Source of the DNA: an uncultured Pseudomonadales bacterium
GTDB taxonomy: Bacteria > Pseudomonadota > Gammaproteobacteria > Pseudomonadales > JANQJO01
Direction: 5' to 3'
DNA length: 64,000 bases
Assembly: GCA_964510525.1 (NCBI GenBank)
Contig: CAZECE010000042.1
Location: 9,272-73,271 of the forward strand
Shown here: one piece after another, positions 19,057 through 28,848 of the stretch
Numbering within the stretch: the stretch's first letter is position 1
Layout of the letters: every line of letters starts with the position of its first letter
Notes under the pieces: model-generated
Told to the model about the DNA's origin: nothing
What the model saw: only the letters and a program-made list of their open reading frames with translations
The model's database searches: none
Program-made: the position numbers and the translations under genes

Positions 19057-19272
19057 TTAATAAGGTTTGCGGCGGCGGACTTGCTCGCGCGAGATTTTTT
19101 TTGCGTGCCTTTTAACAGCGGCAGCCAGTTTTCGCTTTCTTACTTGAGTGGGCTTTTCATAGAACTCTTTGCGGCGAACATCAGCTAAAACCCCTTCTTT
19201 TTCACAGGAACGCTTAAAACGACGTAGCGCGACTTCAAAGGGCTCGTTTTCTTTTACTCTCACTTCTGGCAT
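19057..19272 (-). CDS. rpsU: 30S ribosomal protein S21
   Basis: [29 protein letters not shown]... is canonical S21. 71 aa from ATG 19272. Confidence 0.95.
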   Translation of the reverse strand: MPEVRVKENEPFEVALRRFKRSCEKEGVLADVRRKEFYEKPTQVRKRKLAAAVKRHAKKISREQVRRRKPY

Positions 19273-19426
19273 ACAATACAAACCTTTCTGTTTTTGAATC
19301 TGTTGTGTTCGGAATAATAATGACGAAATGCAGATGCGTTCAATCGTCAGAATTAAACATTTTAGCCAACAGTGGCTAAGTAGTGCAAGTTATGATTGGC
19401 AGTGAGGCATTCAAAGAGGCATAAAT

Positions 19427-20458
19427 ATGATTGTTTTAGGCTTAGAAACCTCATGTGATGAAACCGGTGTGGCGCTGTTTGGGCGGGGGCGTGATGGCAG
19501 AGAAGGGGTTTTAGGGCACCAGGTCTATTCTCAAGTGGGTTTGCATCAGGCGTTTGGCGGCGTGGTCCCTGAGATTGCCTCCAGAGATCATGTGCGCAAA
19601 GCATTGCCGTTGGTGCGTCAAGTGTTAGCTGAAGCCTCGATTGATCCGGCGGATATTGGTGCGGTTGCTTATACCGCAGGGCCAGGGTTAATGGGTGGGC
19701 TGTTTGTGGGGGCTATGCTGGGCCGCTCTTTGGCTTATGGTTGGGGGGTGCCGGCTCTCGAGGTGCATCACATGGAAGGCCACCTATTGGCCCCGTTGAT
19801 GGATTTGCAGCCACCTAATTTTCCGTTTGTTTCTTTGTTGGTAAGTGGCGGCCATTCCCAGCTTGTGCTCGCTAAATCGCTTGGGTGTTATGAGCTGCTA
19901 GGGGATACCTTGGATGATGCGGTCGGTGAGGTGTTTGATAAAGTCGCCAGTGTGTTGGGGTTGCCTTATCCAGGTGGCCCCCAGTTGGAGACGTTGGCAG
20001 CTGAGTGTTCAGGGTCTGATTGGCGATTTCCACGGCCGATGGTGGATCGTCCCGGGTTGGATTTCAGTTTCAGCGGCTTGAAGACTCATTGTCGTAATTG
20101 GTGTGAGAAACTGCAGGCCAGTGGTGATTGGCATCAGGTGTCCCGGTCAGAAACCGCATACGCTTTCCAAGAGGCGGTCGTGGATACGCTTAAAATCAAA
20201 TGTTTGCGGGCGATCAAGCAGACGGGGTGTCCGCGTTTGGTCGTGGCTGGCGGGGTCAGCGCTAATCAGCGTTTGCGAGCTGTGCTCAACGCGGCGTTGC
20301 TCAAAGAAGGGGCTCAGTGTTGGTTTCCCGCGCCTTCGTTATGTGCGGATAATGGTGCCATGATTGCTTATGCTGGATGGCGGCGCTTAAAGGTCCAAGA
20401 GCCTGCCTCTTTAGCTGTTCAAGTTAAACCACGTTGGCCTTTAGCCGAATTATGTTAG
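19427..20458 (+). CDS. tsaD: tRNA N6-adenosine threonylcarbamoyltransferase TsaD
   Basis: [22 protein letters not shown] and SGGHSQL motifs. It diverges from rpsU as in E. coli. Confidence 0.95.
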   Translation: MIVLGLETSCDETGVALFGRGRDGREGVLGHQVYSQVGLHQAFGGVVPEIASRDHVRKALPLVRQVLAEASIDPADIGAVAYTAGPGLMGGLFVGAMLGRSLAYGWGVPALEVHHMEGHLLAPLMDLQPPNFPFVSLLVSGGHSQLVLAKSLGCYELLGDTLDDAVGEVFDKVASVLGLPYPGGPQLETLAAECSGSDWRFPRPMVDRPGLDFSFSGLKTHCRNWCEKLQASGDWHQVSRSETAYAFQEAVVDTLKIKCLRAIKQTGCPRLVVAGGVSANQRLRAVLNAALLKEGAQCWFPAPSLCADNGAMIAYAGWRRLKVQEPASLAVQVKPRWPLAELC

Positions 20459-20506
20459 TCGAGCTATGAGAGCTGGCGTGGTGATGAGTTACTTATGAAA
20501 GGCGAT

Positions 20507-22090
20507 TTATAGAAATTGCAGTTGTTTTTGGGCGTTAATTTCTTTTAAGCGATGCTGCAGCCGGCTTTTTAGGGGGAAGTTGTCTTCCACTAAATTAAGC
20601 GCGTAATTAAGTTGCTTAATGGCTTGGTCTTCTCGGCTGTATAAGAAAAACACTTCAGCTCTGGCTTCGTGTACGCCAATGATGTTTCCTGTTAAACCTT
20701 GTGCTTCACTGAGCAACCGCCAAACCTGCACATTGTCTTGATGAGTCAGTAGTAAGGATTCTAGGATTTTTTTGGCAGTCGCTCCGTCTTCCATTCTCAG
20801 AGAAATTTGAGCAATGTAAATCGATAATGGAAAGTTGTTCGGGTGCAGTTCGCTTAACTTGAGCAAATGGGATCGTGCTTCTTTGTATTCCCCTTTGGCC
20901 ATGAGAATTTCTGAATTGGTGATGGCATAAATAATGTTGCTGGGGTCCTTATCGATCAATGGTTGGAGTGCTTTGAGTGCTTCAGGGTATTGGTGGAGTT
21001 TTTGATGGGCGCGAGCCCAACCGTACCGAGCGGCTTGTTGAGCAATTTTGGAGGAAGATTCTTGGTGGCGATTTTTGAAGTAAGTGACGTTGCTGAATTT
21101 GTCTTCAGAGAAAGAGGCTTGTAGTCGTGCTTTCATCAATGCGAAATTTAAGCGCTGCTTGGCTGTTTTGTTGGGCAGCTGGGTGGCGCGATTCATGGAG
21201 TCTGAGATGCGGGATTCGGTCACAGGGTGGGTCAGCAGGAACTCCGGTGGTACTTCTCCATAAAACTGCGTGGCTTTGTACATTCTTGAGAAAAAGCGAG
21301 GCATTGCGCTGGGGTCGCGCTGAAGGTTTGCCAAGGTTTGCATGCCGATTCGATCTGCTTCGCGTTCATTTTGTCGGCTGAAGCGAAGTTGGGATTGCAT
21401 AGCAGCGGCTTGAGAGGTTGCCAATGTGGCTAGGCCTGAATCGGGTGATCCAGAAGCAACCAGCGCCACGCTTGCCAGTAGGGCGGCCCAAGTTGTCCAC
21501 TGGTTGCGTTTCGCCATCTCCAGGTTGCGAGCGAAATGGCGTTGGCTTAAGTGAGCCATTTCATGTGCCAGTACGGCCGCTAATTCATCCTCTGTTTCTG
21601 CGTGAAGAATGAGTCCGGCATTCACGCCTAAGATACCGCCAGGTGCTGCAAACGCATTAATGGCTTTGCTGTTGATCATAACGACTTCTAAGTCGGGTTT
21701 TTCCAGTTCGCTTTCTGAGGCAATTTGATAGGCTAAATCGGTAATGTAGGTGTTCAGCAAGGGGTCGTTAATCAAAGGTGCCTGGCCTCTAAGGGATCTT
21801 AGCCAGGCTCTTCCAAGCTGATGTTCTTGCTCCGGGCTGATGATGCTGGAAATACTGTCCCCAAGTTTGGGCAGGTGTTGTGTTGGCTCCGCAATAGATT
21901 TGCTGCTTACTACGCAAGGGGCTATGGCAAGGAGATATAGAAAAAGGAAACTCAGAAAAGCGTTTGTTTTGTTTAAATCAAAGCGCTTATTGTTATGGAT
22001 CAAATGAAGATGCCAGGTTGTCACGGTCTTCCTTAAGGTGAAGATAATATCTGGTATAGTGATGGCTATTTTGCATGAACTGAGATTCAA
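20507..22090 (-). CDS. M48 family metalloprotease with C-terminal TPR domain (BepA/YfgC-like)
   Basis: HEMAHLSQRH zinc motif followed by TPR repeats. The true start is probably downstream of 22090, because the signal peptide FLSFLFLYLLAIAPCVVSS begins about 45 aa into the ORF. Confidence 0.8.
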   Translation of the reverse strand: MNLSSCKIAITIPDIIFTLRKTVTTWHLHLIHNNKRFDLNKTNAFLSFLFLYLLAIAPCVVSSKSIAEPTQHLPKLGDSISSIISPEQEHQLGRAWLRSLRGQAPLINDPLLNTYITDLAYQIASESELEKPDLEVVMINSKAINAFAAPGGILGVNAGLILHAETEDELAAVLAHEMAHLSQRHFARNLEMAKRNQWTTWAALLASVALVASGSPDSGLATLATSQAAAMQSQLRFSRQNEREADRIGMQTLANLQRDPSAMPRFFSRMYKATQFYGEVPPEFLLTHPVTESRISDSMNRATQLPNKTAKQRLNFALMKARLQASFSEDKFSNVTYFKNRHQESSSKIAQQAARYGWARAHQKLHQYPEALKALQPLIDKDPSNIIYAITNSEILMAKGEYKEARSHLLKLSELHPNNFPLSIYIAQISLRMEDGATAKKILESLLLTHQDNVQVWRLLSEAQGLTGNIIGVHEARAEVFFLYSREDQAIKQLNYALNLVEDNFPLKSRLQHRLKEINAQKQLQFL

Positions 22091-22140
22091 GTGCTTAAGA
22101 GCCTCGTAATAAGATTCCGTTTCATCTATAAATTATAGTC

Positions 22141-22530
22141 ATGATAGAGTGTTTTTTATCCGTTGTTGGCGTTCCATTATCCAGTGAATCCGGAGTTAAT
22201 GAAAGCACCAAAAAACAGCCTTCAGAGGTATGGCAAACTGGTTGCACTCATCGGGGCGCTGATGGTTGTAATGATGGTTACGCAGTTGATTGTATTGTTG
22301 AGCTCGATGTCGGCGAAGCGCGCTGCCCTTTGCCTGCTTTGAAAACCAAACAAGCGTTAAGTCAACTCAAAAAAGGCGAGTGCTTAAACGTATTTTTTAG
22401 AGACAGAGGCAGTGTAAGAGAATTAATGAAGTTGGATGTGGATGTTGTGGAATTGAATACGTTGCAAACCCCTTTCAGTGCGTTGCTTAGACCTCGCCGG
22501 GTGGGCGTATCGTTAATCGCTAAACCTTAG
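22141..22530 (+). CDS. TusA/SirA-like sulfurtransferase domain protein with N-terminal extension
   Basis: The CPxP active-site motif context (ELDVGEARCPLPALKTKQAL..LKKGECLNV) matches TusA family proteins. The start codon is uncertain: the TusA domain starts about 50 aa into the ORF. Confidence 0.55.
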   Translation: MIECFLSVVGVPLSSESGVNESTKKQPSEVWQTGCTHRGADGCNDGYAVDCIVELDVGEARCPLPALKTKQALSQLKKGECLNVFFRDRGSVRELMKLDVDVVELNTLQTPFSALLRPRRVGVSLIAKP

Positions 22531-22541
22531 GTGGGTGTTTC

Positions 22542-23630
22542 ATGTGGCGTTTGGTTAGTCTTTGGTACGAAAAATATTTTTCCCACGAAGAAGTGGTGGT
22601 GCTGTTGCTCTTGTTGGTGGCCGCTGCTCTTACAGTTGCGTTTCTTGGTAATGTTCTGGCGCCTTTGTTTGTTGCCGTTTTTATTGCTTACTTGTTGGAT
22701 GGCATGGTTTCAGCTGTTCGATCTTGGGGGGCTCCTAGGATTTTGTCTGTCATTGCTGTGTATATCGCATTTTTAGGGATACTGTTATCGGCCATTTTTA
22801 TTTTGCTGCCTTTGACTTGGGGGCAGTTGGCAACCTTTGTTAATGAGCAGCTGCCAAGATTGGTGCTCGAAGTACGTCAGCTTATTCAGGTTTTGCCAGA
22901 GCGATTCCCTGAACTGGTGACGGTTGAACAGTCGGATTTGTGGATTGCTCGTTTTCAAGAGTCGCTGACTCATTATGGGGAGTGGATATTATCGGCTTCT
23001 GTTTCAAAATTGCCGAATGTGATGGCGATATTAATCTTTTTGGTCTTGGTGCCGGTGCTGGTGTTTTTTTTAATGAAGGATAAGGAGGTGTTGGTCAATA
23101 AAATCAGTGGTTGGTTGCCGGATGATCGAGAGATGTTGTCTCAGGTTTGGGATGAAATGAACCAGCAGTTTTCAAATTACATTCGGGGTAAGTTCATAGA
23201 AATTTGGATTGTGGGTTCTGTAACCTATATTGCGTTGATGATTTTAGGGGTCAATTACGCGCTTTTGTTGGGGTTCTTGGTGGGACTGTCTGTTTTGATT
23301 CCCTTTATCGGGGCTGCTGTTGCGACTTTGCCGGTGGCTTTGGTGGGTTATTTTCAGTTTGGATTTACTTCAGAATGGGTTACGTTAATGGTGGTGTACG
23401 CTGTGATTCAAGGCCTTGACGGCAATGTGTTGGTGCCGCTCTTATTTTCTGAGGCGGTGAACTTGCATCCAGTATCCATTATTGTGGCGGTATTGGTTTT
23501 TGGTGGGGTTTGGGGTTTGTGGGGAGTGTTCTTTGCGATTCCTTTGGCGACCTTGATCAAGGCTGTTTTAACCGCTTGGTCTAACCAGGTTCGGCGTCGC
23601 CAAGACGATGACTTGGGTGTCGGTGCTTAA
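22542..23630 (+). CDS. AI-2E family transporter (PerM/YhhT-like)
   Basis: 362-aa polytopic protein with the family's C-terminal core (IPFIGAAVATLPVALV..., GLDGNVLVPLLFSEAVNLHP, FGGVWGLWGVFFAIPLA). Confidence 0.85.
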   Translation: MWRLVSLWYEKYFSHEEVVVLLLLLVAAALTVAFLGNVLAPLFVAVFIAYLLDGMVSAVRSWGAPRILSVIAVYIAFLGILLSAIFILLPLTWGQLATFVNEQLPRLVLEVRQLIQVLPERFPELVTVEQSDLWIARFQESLTHYGEWILSASVSKLPNVMAILIFLVLVPVLVFFLMKDKEVLVNKISGWLPDDREMLSQVWDEMNQQFSNYIRGKFIEIWIVGSVTYIALMILGVNYALLLGFLVGLSVLIPFIGAAVATLPVALVGYFQFGFTSEWVTLMVVYAVIQGLDGNVLVPLLFSEAVNLHPVSIIVAVLVFGGVWGLWGVFFAIPLATLIKAVLTAWSNQVRRRQDDDLGVGA

Positions 23631-23742
23631 AAAGGTTGTTTTTGGGTTTTTTTTCGACCCGTTTGTGTCTGGAGTGTGAACTGTTGCGGCTTTTTGCAAC
23701 TACTTTAGTTCATGAGCCTTGGGGCGCGCTAAGATGTAATAC

Positions 23743-24321
23743 ATGCAAAGTCCAATTTTTTACCTAAGCAGTTTCATTGCAGTTTCATCTCAGGGGTGTC
23801 GAACGGCCGGTTTCTTGTTGCTTTGGTGTCTGTCCGTGTTTTCCGCTCCAGTCATTGCAGAGTCTGCTTGGGAGCCAGTGATGTTTCCAGCTTATTTGGA
23901 TCCTGCTGAATTAGTGGGTCAGGCTGATGGCGTTATAAAGCGATCACCATTGCTTTTTGGGGTTGCCAATAAGAATACGTTGTTTGATTTTAATACTAAA
24001 GGCTATGCTGATGCGAGTTGGCAAGGCTGGTGTGATCAGGCGCAACTGTTGGATGAATTTGAAATTTATAATTGGTGCGAGCGGTTTGCTCCCGAAATGA
24101 CGTATATCGACCCCTTGTCGGATCGTATGTGGCAACAAACAAAAAGTATTGTTAAGGGGGCTTTCTTTTGGATAGACGGTGGTGCCGATGGCGAGATACG
24201 GTTTCCGTTTGAGGAGGCCTTTCAGGCGGTGACAGAGCCTATTGAAAAAATGCAGTTTGTCATTGAGTTTGAGCCAGGTATTGATGAAAACCTGGTGCAT
24301 TTCCAGTTGTTTTTTCTTTAA
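23743..24321 (+). CDS. hypothetical secreted protein
   Basis: 192-aa ORF with an N-terminal hydrophobic signal-like segment (FLLLWCLSVFSAPVIAES). No recognised motif. Confidence 0.45.
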   Translation: MQSPIFYLSSFIAVSSQGCRTAGFLLLWCLSVFSAPVIAESAWEPVMFPAYLDPAELVGQADGVIKRSPLLFGVANKNTLFDFNTKGYADASWQGWCDQAQLLDEFEIYNWCERFAPEMTYIDPLSDRMWQQTKSIVKGAFFWIDGGADGEIRFPFEEAFQAVTEPIEKMQFVIEFEPGIDENLVHFQLFFL

Positions 24322-24325
24322 GGTT

Positions 24326-24362
24326 TTAGGCTAATCCGCAGTAAAACTCAATATTAGCCTAA
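24326..24362. terminator. hairpin between convergent genes (candidate bidirectional terminator)
   Basis: Perfect 10-bp stem TTAGGCTAAT...ATTAGCCTAA with a 17-nt loop, between the stop at 24321 (+) and the proS stop at 24417 (-). The loop is large and the T-tract weak. Confidence 0.35.
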
Positions 24363-24416
24363 GGTCTAAGTTTAGTCGCAAACCTGGGCTCCATTGTTTT
24401 CCTGGCTGCCATTGTT

Positions 24417-25691
24417 TTAGAGTGTGTTTGAAATAAACTCTATGACTGCGTCTATGCTGATGTCTTGGTTCGCTTTGGTTTGGCCTTTCGTTTCAGGGGT
24501 TCTGATTTTAATTTCTACTTGATTTTGTTGCAGGCCTTTGCTGCCCACAATGATTTGGTAGGGGAGGCCGATCAGCTCCATATCGGCGAATTTAATGCCG
24601 GGGCGTTCGTCTCTGTCATCGAGTAGAACATCAATACCTAAGTCTAAGAGTTGCTGATACAGCTTTTCAGCGGCTGCTTTGACTTCGGGGCTTTTTTGCA
24701 TGTTTAAGGGGACGATGGCGACGTCAAATGGGGCGAGGGCTTTGGGCCAAATAATGCCTCTCTCGTCATGGTTTTGCTCGATGCTGGCAGCGATGATGCG
24801 GCTGACGCCGATGCCGTAACAGCCCATGGCGAGGGGTTGGGCTTTGCCGTTGGCATCAAGTACGGTGGCTTTCATGCGTTCGCTGTACTTGGTGCCTAAT
24901 TTAAAGATATGACCGACTTCGATGCCTTTTTTTATTTCTATGTTCCCGGCACCGCAAGGAGAGGGATCACCCGCTTTGACGTCGATCAGTTCAACGTTGG
25001 CAGCAAAATTACTTTGATCGCTGAAGGCAATACTGTCTTCGCCGGCTTCAGCTAACACGTGAAATTCGTGAGAGCTGCTACCGCCAATCGAGCCATTATC
25101 CGCTTGTACGGCGCGGAACTCTAAACCCAGAGCGTGGAAGATGTTGTGATAGGTTTCGAACATGATGTCATACGTTTTACCGAGGCAGTCTTCTGATGCG
25201 TGGAAAGAATAGGCGTCTTTCATTAAAAATTCTCGTGCGCGCATGACTCCGTATCGTGGTCGAATTTCATCACGAAACTTGGTTTGAATTTGGAAAAAAT
25301 TAATGGGTAATTGTCGATAGCTTTGCAACATATTGCGAGCAATGTCAGTGATGATTTCTTCGTGAGTCGGGCCTAAACAAAATTGGCGGTCATGGCGGTC
25401 TGTGAATTGCAAAAGTTCCGCGCCGTATTCATTAATTCTGCCAGATTCGGTCCAGAGGTCGGCCGGCTGAACCATGGGCATCAGGAGTTCTAGGGCGCCT
25501 GCTTTGGTCATCTCGTTCCTGATGATGTTCTGTGCTTTTTTCAGGCTCTTTAAACCCATTGGCATCCAGGTATATAAACCACCGGCCAGCTGTCGTGTTA
25601 AGCCGGCTTTGAGCATCAATTGATGGCTGACGATTTCCGTTTCGGCGGGGGCTTCTTTGGTGGTGTTGATGGCAAATGTTTGGGTTCTCAT
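24417..25691 (-). CDS. proS: prolyl-tRNA synthetase, bacterial type but lacking the INS editing domain
   Basis: It aligns by eye to E. coli ProRS through motifs 1-3 and the anticodon-binding domain ([43 protein letters not shown]). It is only 424 aa, and the sequence runs [16 protein letters not shown] where E. coli has the INS insertion. Confidence 0.9.
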   Translation of the reverse strand: MRTQTFAINTTKEAPAETEIVSHQLMLKAGLTRQLAGGLYTWMPMGLKSLKKAQNIIRNEMTKAGALELLMPMVQPADLWTESGRINEYGAELLQFTDRHDRQFCLGPTHEEIITDIARNMLQSYRQLPINFFQIQTKFRDEIRPRYGVMRAREFLMKDAYSFHASEDCLGKTYDIMFETYHNIFHALGLEFRAVQADNGSIGGSSSHEFHVLAEAGEDSIAFSDQSNFAANVELIDVKAGDPSPCGAGNIEIKKGIEVGHIFKLGTKYSERMKATVLDANGKAQPLAMGCYGIGVSRIIAASIEQNHDERGIIWPKALAPFDVAIVPLNMQKSPEVKAAAEKLYQQLLDLGIDVLLDDRDERPGIKFADMELIGLPYQIIVGSKGLQQNQVEIKIRTPETKGQTKANQDISIDAVIEFISNTL

Positions 25692-25756
25692 ATTGAGCTC
25701 AGCACTGTTTTATTTAGGGTTGTTGTACGGTTCTCGTTACTGTACGCCAATAACAG

Positions 25757-25789
25757 AAAAGCCCGATTGCGATCAACAATCAGGCTTTT
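25757..25789 (-). terminator. hairpin downstream of the HU-like gene
   Basis: On the minus strand: AAAGCCTGATTG-ttgatcg-CAATCGGGCTTT (12-bp stem with one G:U), followed by TCTGTTATT. It lies 23 nt after the stop at 25812. Confidence 0.45.
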
Positions 25790-25811
25790 CGGATTGTACG
25801 CAATTTTTTGC

Positions 25812-26300
25812 TTACATGACCATATCTTTTAGCTTTTTCAATGGTCGGATTTTTACCACGTTTCGAGCCGGTTTGGCTTTAAACATGGTCTCTTCGCCTG
25901 TGAAAGGGTTAATGCCTTTACGGGCTTTGACCGCTGGTTTGTTGACTACAGTAACCTTCATTAGGCCAGGTAAGGTGAAGTGACCCACGGCACGCTTCTT
26001 AACGTGGCGCTCCATGACGTCAGACAGAGAATCAAACACCGCTTGAACTTGTTTGCGAGTCAGTTCGGTAGACTCTGCAATTTCAGTGATCATTTGGGTT
26101 TTGGTCATGGCTTCGCTAACAGCTCTTACCGGCTTTTTCTTTACAGCGGTTTTAGCGGCTGGCTTAGCTTTGGCTCGGCTGGTGGTTGCCTTGGCTTTGG
26201 CTTTGGTGCTGGCAGCGCTCTTGGCTCGAGTGGTTTTGGTAGCGGTCGCAGATTTTTTGGCTTTGGCTCGAGTGGCTGAGGTGGCTTTTTTAGCTGGCAT
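25812..26300 (-). CDS. HU/IHF-fold DNA-binding protein with Lys/Ala-rich histone-H1-like N-terminal extension
   Basis: The C-terminal ~95 aa form an HU fold (MTKTQMITEIAE...GF.TL.GL.K......PAVKARKGINPFTGEE...KAKPA..VVKIRPLK.LK). The N-terminal ~65 aa are AKKATSATRAKAKK-type repeats. Confidence 0.85.
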   Translation of the reverse strand: MPAKKATSATRAKAKKSATATKTTRAKSAASTKAKAKATTSRAKAKPAAKTAVKKKPVRAVSEAMTKTQMITEIAESTELTRKQVQAVFDSLSDVMERHVKKRAVGHFTLPGLMKVTVVNKPAVKARKGINPFTGEETMFKAKPARNVVKIRPLKKLKDMVM

Positions 26301-26446
26301 AGTTGTTACCTTCCTGACTGGTTAACACAATGGTAAGTTACTGGATTTAAAGTTAAAACTGCGTGATTAAAAATGCTGATTAATCGCTCAGTCGAATTCA
26401 ATATAAACCGCTTTTTTTTTAATTGCCAGTCGTCAGGCAAGAAAAA

Positions 26447-26480
26447 AGCCTAAAAAATAGGGGTTTTTGGGCTTTTTTTT
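26447..26480. terminator. orphan intrinsic-terminator-like hairpin between divergent genes
   Basis: AGCCTAAAAA-atagggg-TTTTTGGGCT (10-bp stem, one G:U). A T8 run follows on the plus strand and a T6 run on the minus strand. No annotated gene reads into it. Confidence 0.4.
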
Positions 26481-26602
26481 CATTTTTTTGTTGGTGATCA
26501 TCATAAATAAGGCCTTTTAAGCAGTTTATCCCAAGATTCGCTGTCGTTATAATCGTTGGGTTTTGGTGTCAGGTTAGATGATGTGGGGAGAGGAAGTTTA
26601 AA

Positions 26603-26983
26603 ATGCCTATCTATGAATACGAGTGCAGTGAGTGTGCTCATCAATTCGAAATAATACAAAAAATGTCTGATGATCCTTTGGTTGATTGCCCCGCTTGTCA
26701 TGCGCCTAAATTAAAAAAACTCATTTCAGCGGCGGCTTTTCGTTTGAAAGGTCAGGGTTGGTATGAAACCGACTTTAAGAAAGACAATCGGAAACAGTTG
26801 GTAGACACTGATTCTAAGGCTAAGGATTCTGAGGCCAAAAAAACAAATGCTAAGGGTTCTGGTGAGTCTTCTTCGGGGTCAAGTGACAGTAGCGGCAGTG
26901 AATCGGGGGCATCTAATTCCAAATCCAAAAATGCTGATACCAGTAGTAAACAAGCTGAATCAACTGCAAAATCCTCAGATTGA
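26603..26983 (+). CDS. FmdB family zinc-ribbon protein with Ser/Lys-rich tail
   Basis: MPIYEYECSECAHQFE...CPACH is the FmdB/CxxC-CxxC signature. It sits upstream of aspS, as in Pseudomonas. Confidence 0.8.
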   Translation: MPIYEYECSECAHQFEIIQKMSDDPLVDCPACHAPKLKKLISAAAFRLKGQGWYETDFKKDNRKQLVDTDSKAKDSEAKKTNAKGSGESSSGSSDSSGSESGASNSKSKNADTSSKQAESTAKSSD

Positions 26984-27035
26984 TTCTATTCAGATGGATC
27001 CAATTTAAGTGGAACTTTTACGTTAGGGAACAGAA

Positions 27036-28829
27036 ATGAGAACACATTATTGTGGCCAAGTAACGACCTCGGTTTTAGATACGGATGTATTGGTATGCGG
27101 GTGGGTGCATCGGCGTCGAGATCATGGGGGGGTTATCTTTGTGGACCTTCGGGATCGAGAAGGCATCGTTCAGGTGGTGTTTGATCCTGATACTCAGGCT
27201 ACTTTCCAGTTGGCTGAAAGTCTGCGTAATGAGTTTGTGATTGCTGTTAAAGGTCGGGTTAGGCGGCGTCCAGAAGGGACGGAGAATCCAGAGATGACAA
27301 CGGGGGCTGTTGAAATTCTGGGGCTTGAATTGCATGTGTTGAGTGCGGCTCATACGCCGCCGTTCCAACTGGATGAGTATATTCATGTTGGAGAGGAGAC
27401 GCGCCTGAAATACCGATATGTGGATTTGCGTCGGCCGGAAGTGTCTGAAAAGTTGGTTTTTCGTTCTAAAGTGACGGCGGCTGCTCGTCGTTATTTAGAG
27501 TCTGAAGGGTTTTTAGATATTGAAACGCCTATGCTGACACGTGCCACGCCAGAAGGGGCGCGTGATTATCTTGTGCCCAGCCGGGTTCATGAAAGTCATT
27601 TTTATGCGTTGCCTCAGTCGCCGCAACTGTTCAAGCAGTTGTTGATGGTTGCAGGGATGGATCGTTACTACCAAATTGTAAAATGTTTTCGAGATGAAGA
27701 TTTGCGGGCAGATCGACAGCCGGAGTTTACTCAGATTGACATCGAAGCGTCTTTTGTGGATGAGCAGGCCGTTATGTCAATGGCTGAGGGTATGGTCGTT
27801 TCGCTATTTAAGCAATTACTCGATGTCGATCTCGGTGCGTTTCCTGTAATGCCTTATGCTGAGGCGATGCGTCGTTATGGTTCAGATAAGCCTGACCTTC
27901 GCATTCCTTATGAGTTGGTGGATCTTAAAGATGTGATGAAAGAGGTGCCTTTTCGGGTCTTTTCTGAGCCCGCGGCCAGCGTCAGTGGTCGGGTTGCCGC
28001 GCTATGTGTTCCTGGGGGTGGTGAAGCGCTGACTCGTAAAGAGATTGATCAATATACGGATTATGTGAAGCAATTTGGTGCCAAAGGCTTGGCTTATATT
28101 AAGGTTAATGATGCGTCGAATGGGCGAGAGGGTTTGCAATCTCCGATTGTTAAAAACTTAACGGATGATGCTTTGCAGGCCGTTTTGGAGCGAACGCAGG
28201 CTAAGGCGGGGGATTTGATTTTCTTTGGTGCCGATCAAGCGACTGTGGTCAACCAGGCTTTGGGCGGACTTCGTGTGAAATTGGCGCAGGATTTAGGTCA
28301 TGTTGAATCGGGTTGGCGGCCACTCTGGGTGGTTGACTTTCCGATGTTTGAACAGGATGCGGCAACCAAAAAGTGGACGGCCTTGCATCATCCGTTTACA
28401 GCGCCGACCTGCTCGGTTGAGCAGTTGAAGGTAGATCCTGCGGCGGCGTTATCAAACGCGTATGACATGGTGTTGAATGGCACTGAGTTGGGCGGCGGGT
28501 CAGTGCGGATTCACGATGCACAGTTGCAGCAAGCGGCGTTCGATGTGTTGGGTATCGATGAAGTGCAGGCGCAGCAGCAGTTTGGGTTTTTGTTGGATGC
28601 GTTTCGCTTTGGGGCGCCGCCTCATGCGGGCATCGCGTTTGGGTTGGACCGTTTGGTGATGTTAATGACGGCGGCTGAGTCCATTCGTGAGGTGATTGCA
28701 TTCCCTAAAACACAGGCGGCTTCTTGCTTGATGACCCAGGCGCCAGCCAAGGTGGAAACGGCGCAACTGCAAGAGTTGGGTATTCGTTTAAAAGCACCGG
28801 CCAAGCCAGTAAAAGAATCGGTTGTTTAG
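27036..28829 (+). CDS. aspS: aspartyl-tRNA synthetase
   Basis: Class IIb motifs ([44 protein letters not shown]). 597 aa. Confidence 0.97.
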   Translation: MRTHYCGQVTTSVLDTDVLVCGWVHRRRDHGGVIFVDLRDREGIVQVVFDPDTQATFQLAESLRNEFVIAVKGRVRRRPEGTENPEMTTGAVEILGLELHVLSAAHTPPFQLDEYIHVGEETRLKYRYVDLRRPEVSEKLVFRSKVTAAARRYLESEGFLDIETPMLTRATPEGARDYLVPSRVHESHFYALPQSPQLFKQLLMVAGMDRYYQIVKCFRDEDLRADRQPEFTQIDIEASFVDEQAVMSMAEGMVVSLFKQLLDVDLGAFPVMPYAEAMRRYGSDKPDLRIPYELVDLKDVMKEVPFRVFSEPAASVSGRVAALCVPGGGEALTRKEIDQYTDYVKQFGAKGLAYIKVNDASNGREGLQSPIVKNLTDDALQAVLERTQAKAGDLIFFGADQATVVNQALGGLRVKLAQDLGHVESGWRPLWVVDFPMFEQDAATKKWTALHHPFTAPTCSVEQLKVDPAAALSNAYDMVLNGTELGGGSVRIHDAQLQQAAFDVLGIDEVQAQQQFGFLLDAFRFGAPPHAGIAFGLDRLVMLMTAAESIREVIAFPKTQAASCLMTQAPAKVETAQLQELGIRLKAPAKPVKESVV

Positions 28830-28848
28830 ATAAAAAGGAGTTAGGGGT

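Noticed and set aside
22531-22776. 81-aa alternative-frame ORF at the start of the AI-2E transporter gene
   Set aside because: It overlaps the longer, family-typical frame (22542-23630). Its Cys/Trp/Leu-rich translation has no support.
25980-26325. Plus-strand ORFs of 99 and 90 aa
   Set aside because: They are antisense to the Lys/Ala-repeat tail of the HU-like gene, the same compositional artefact.
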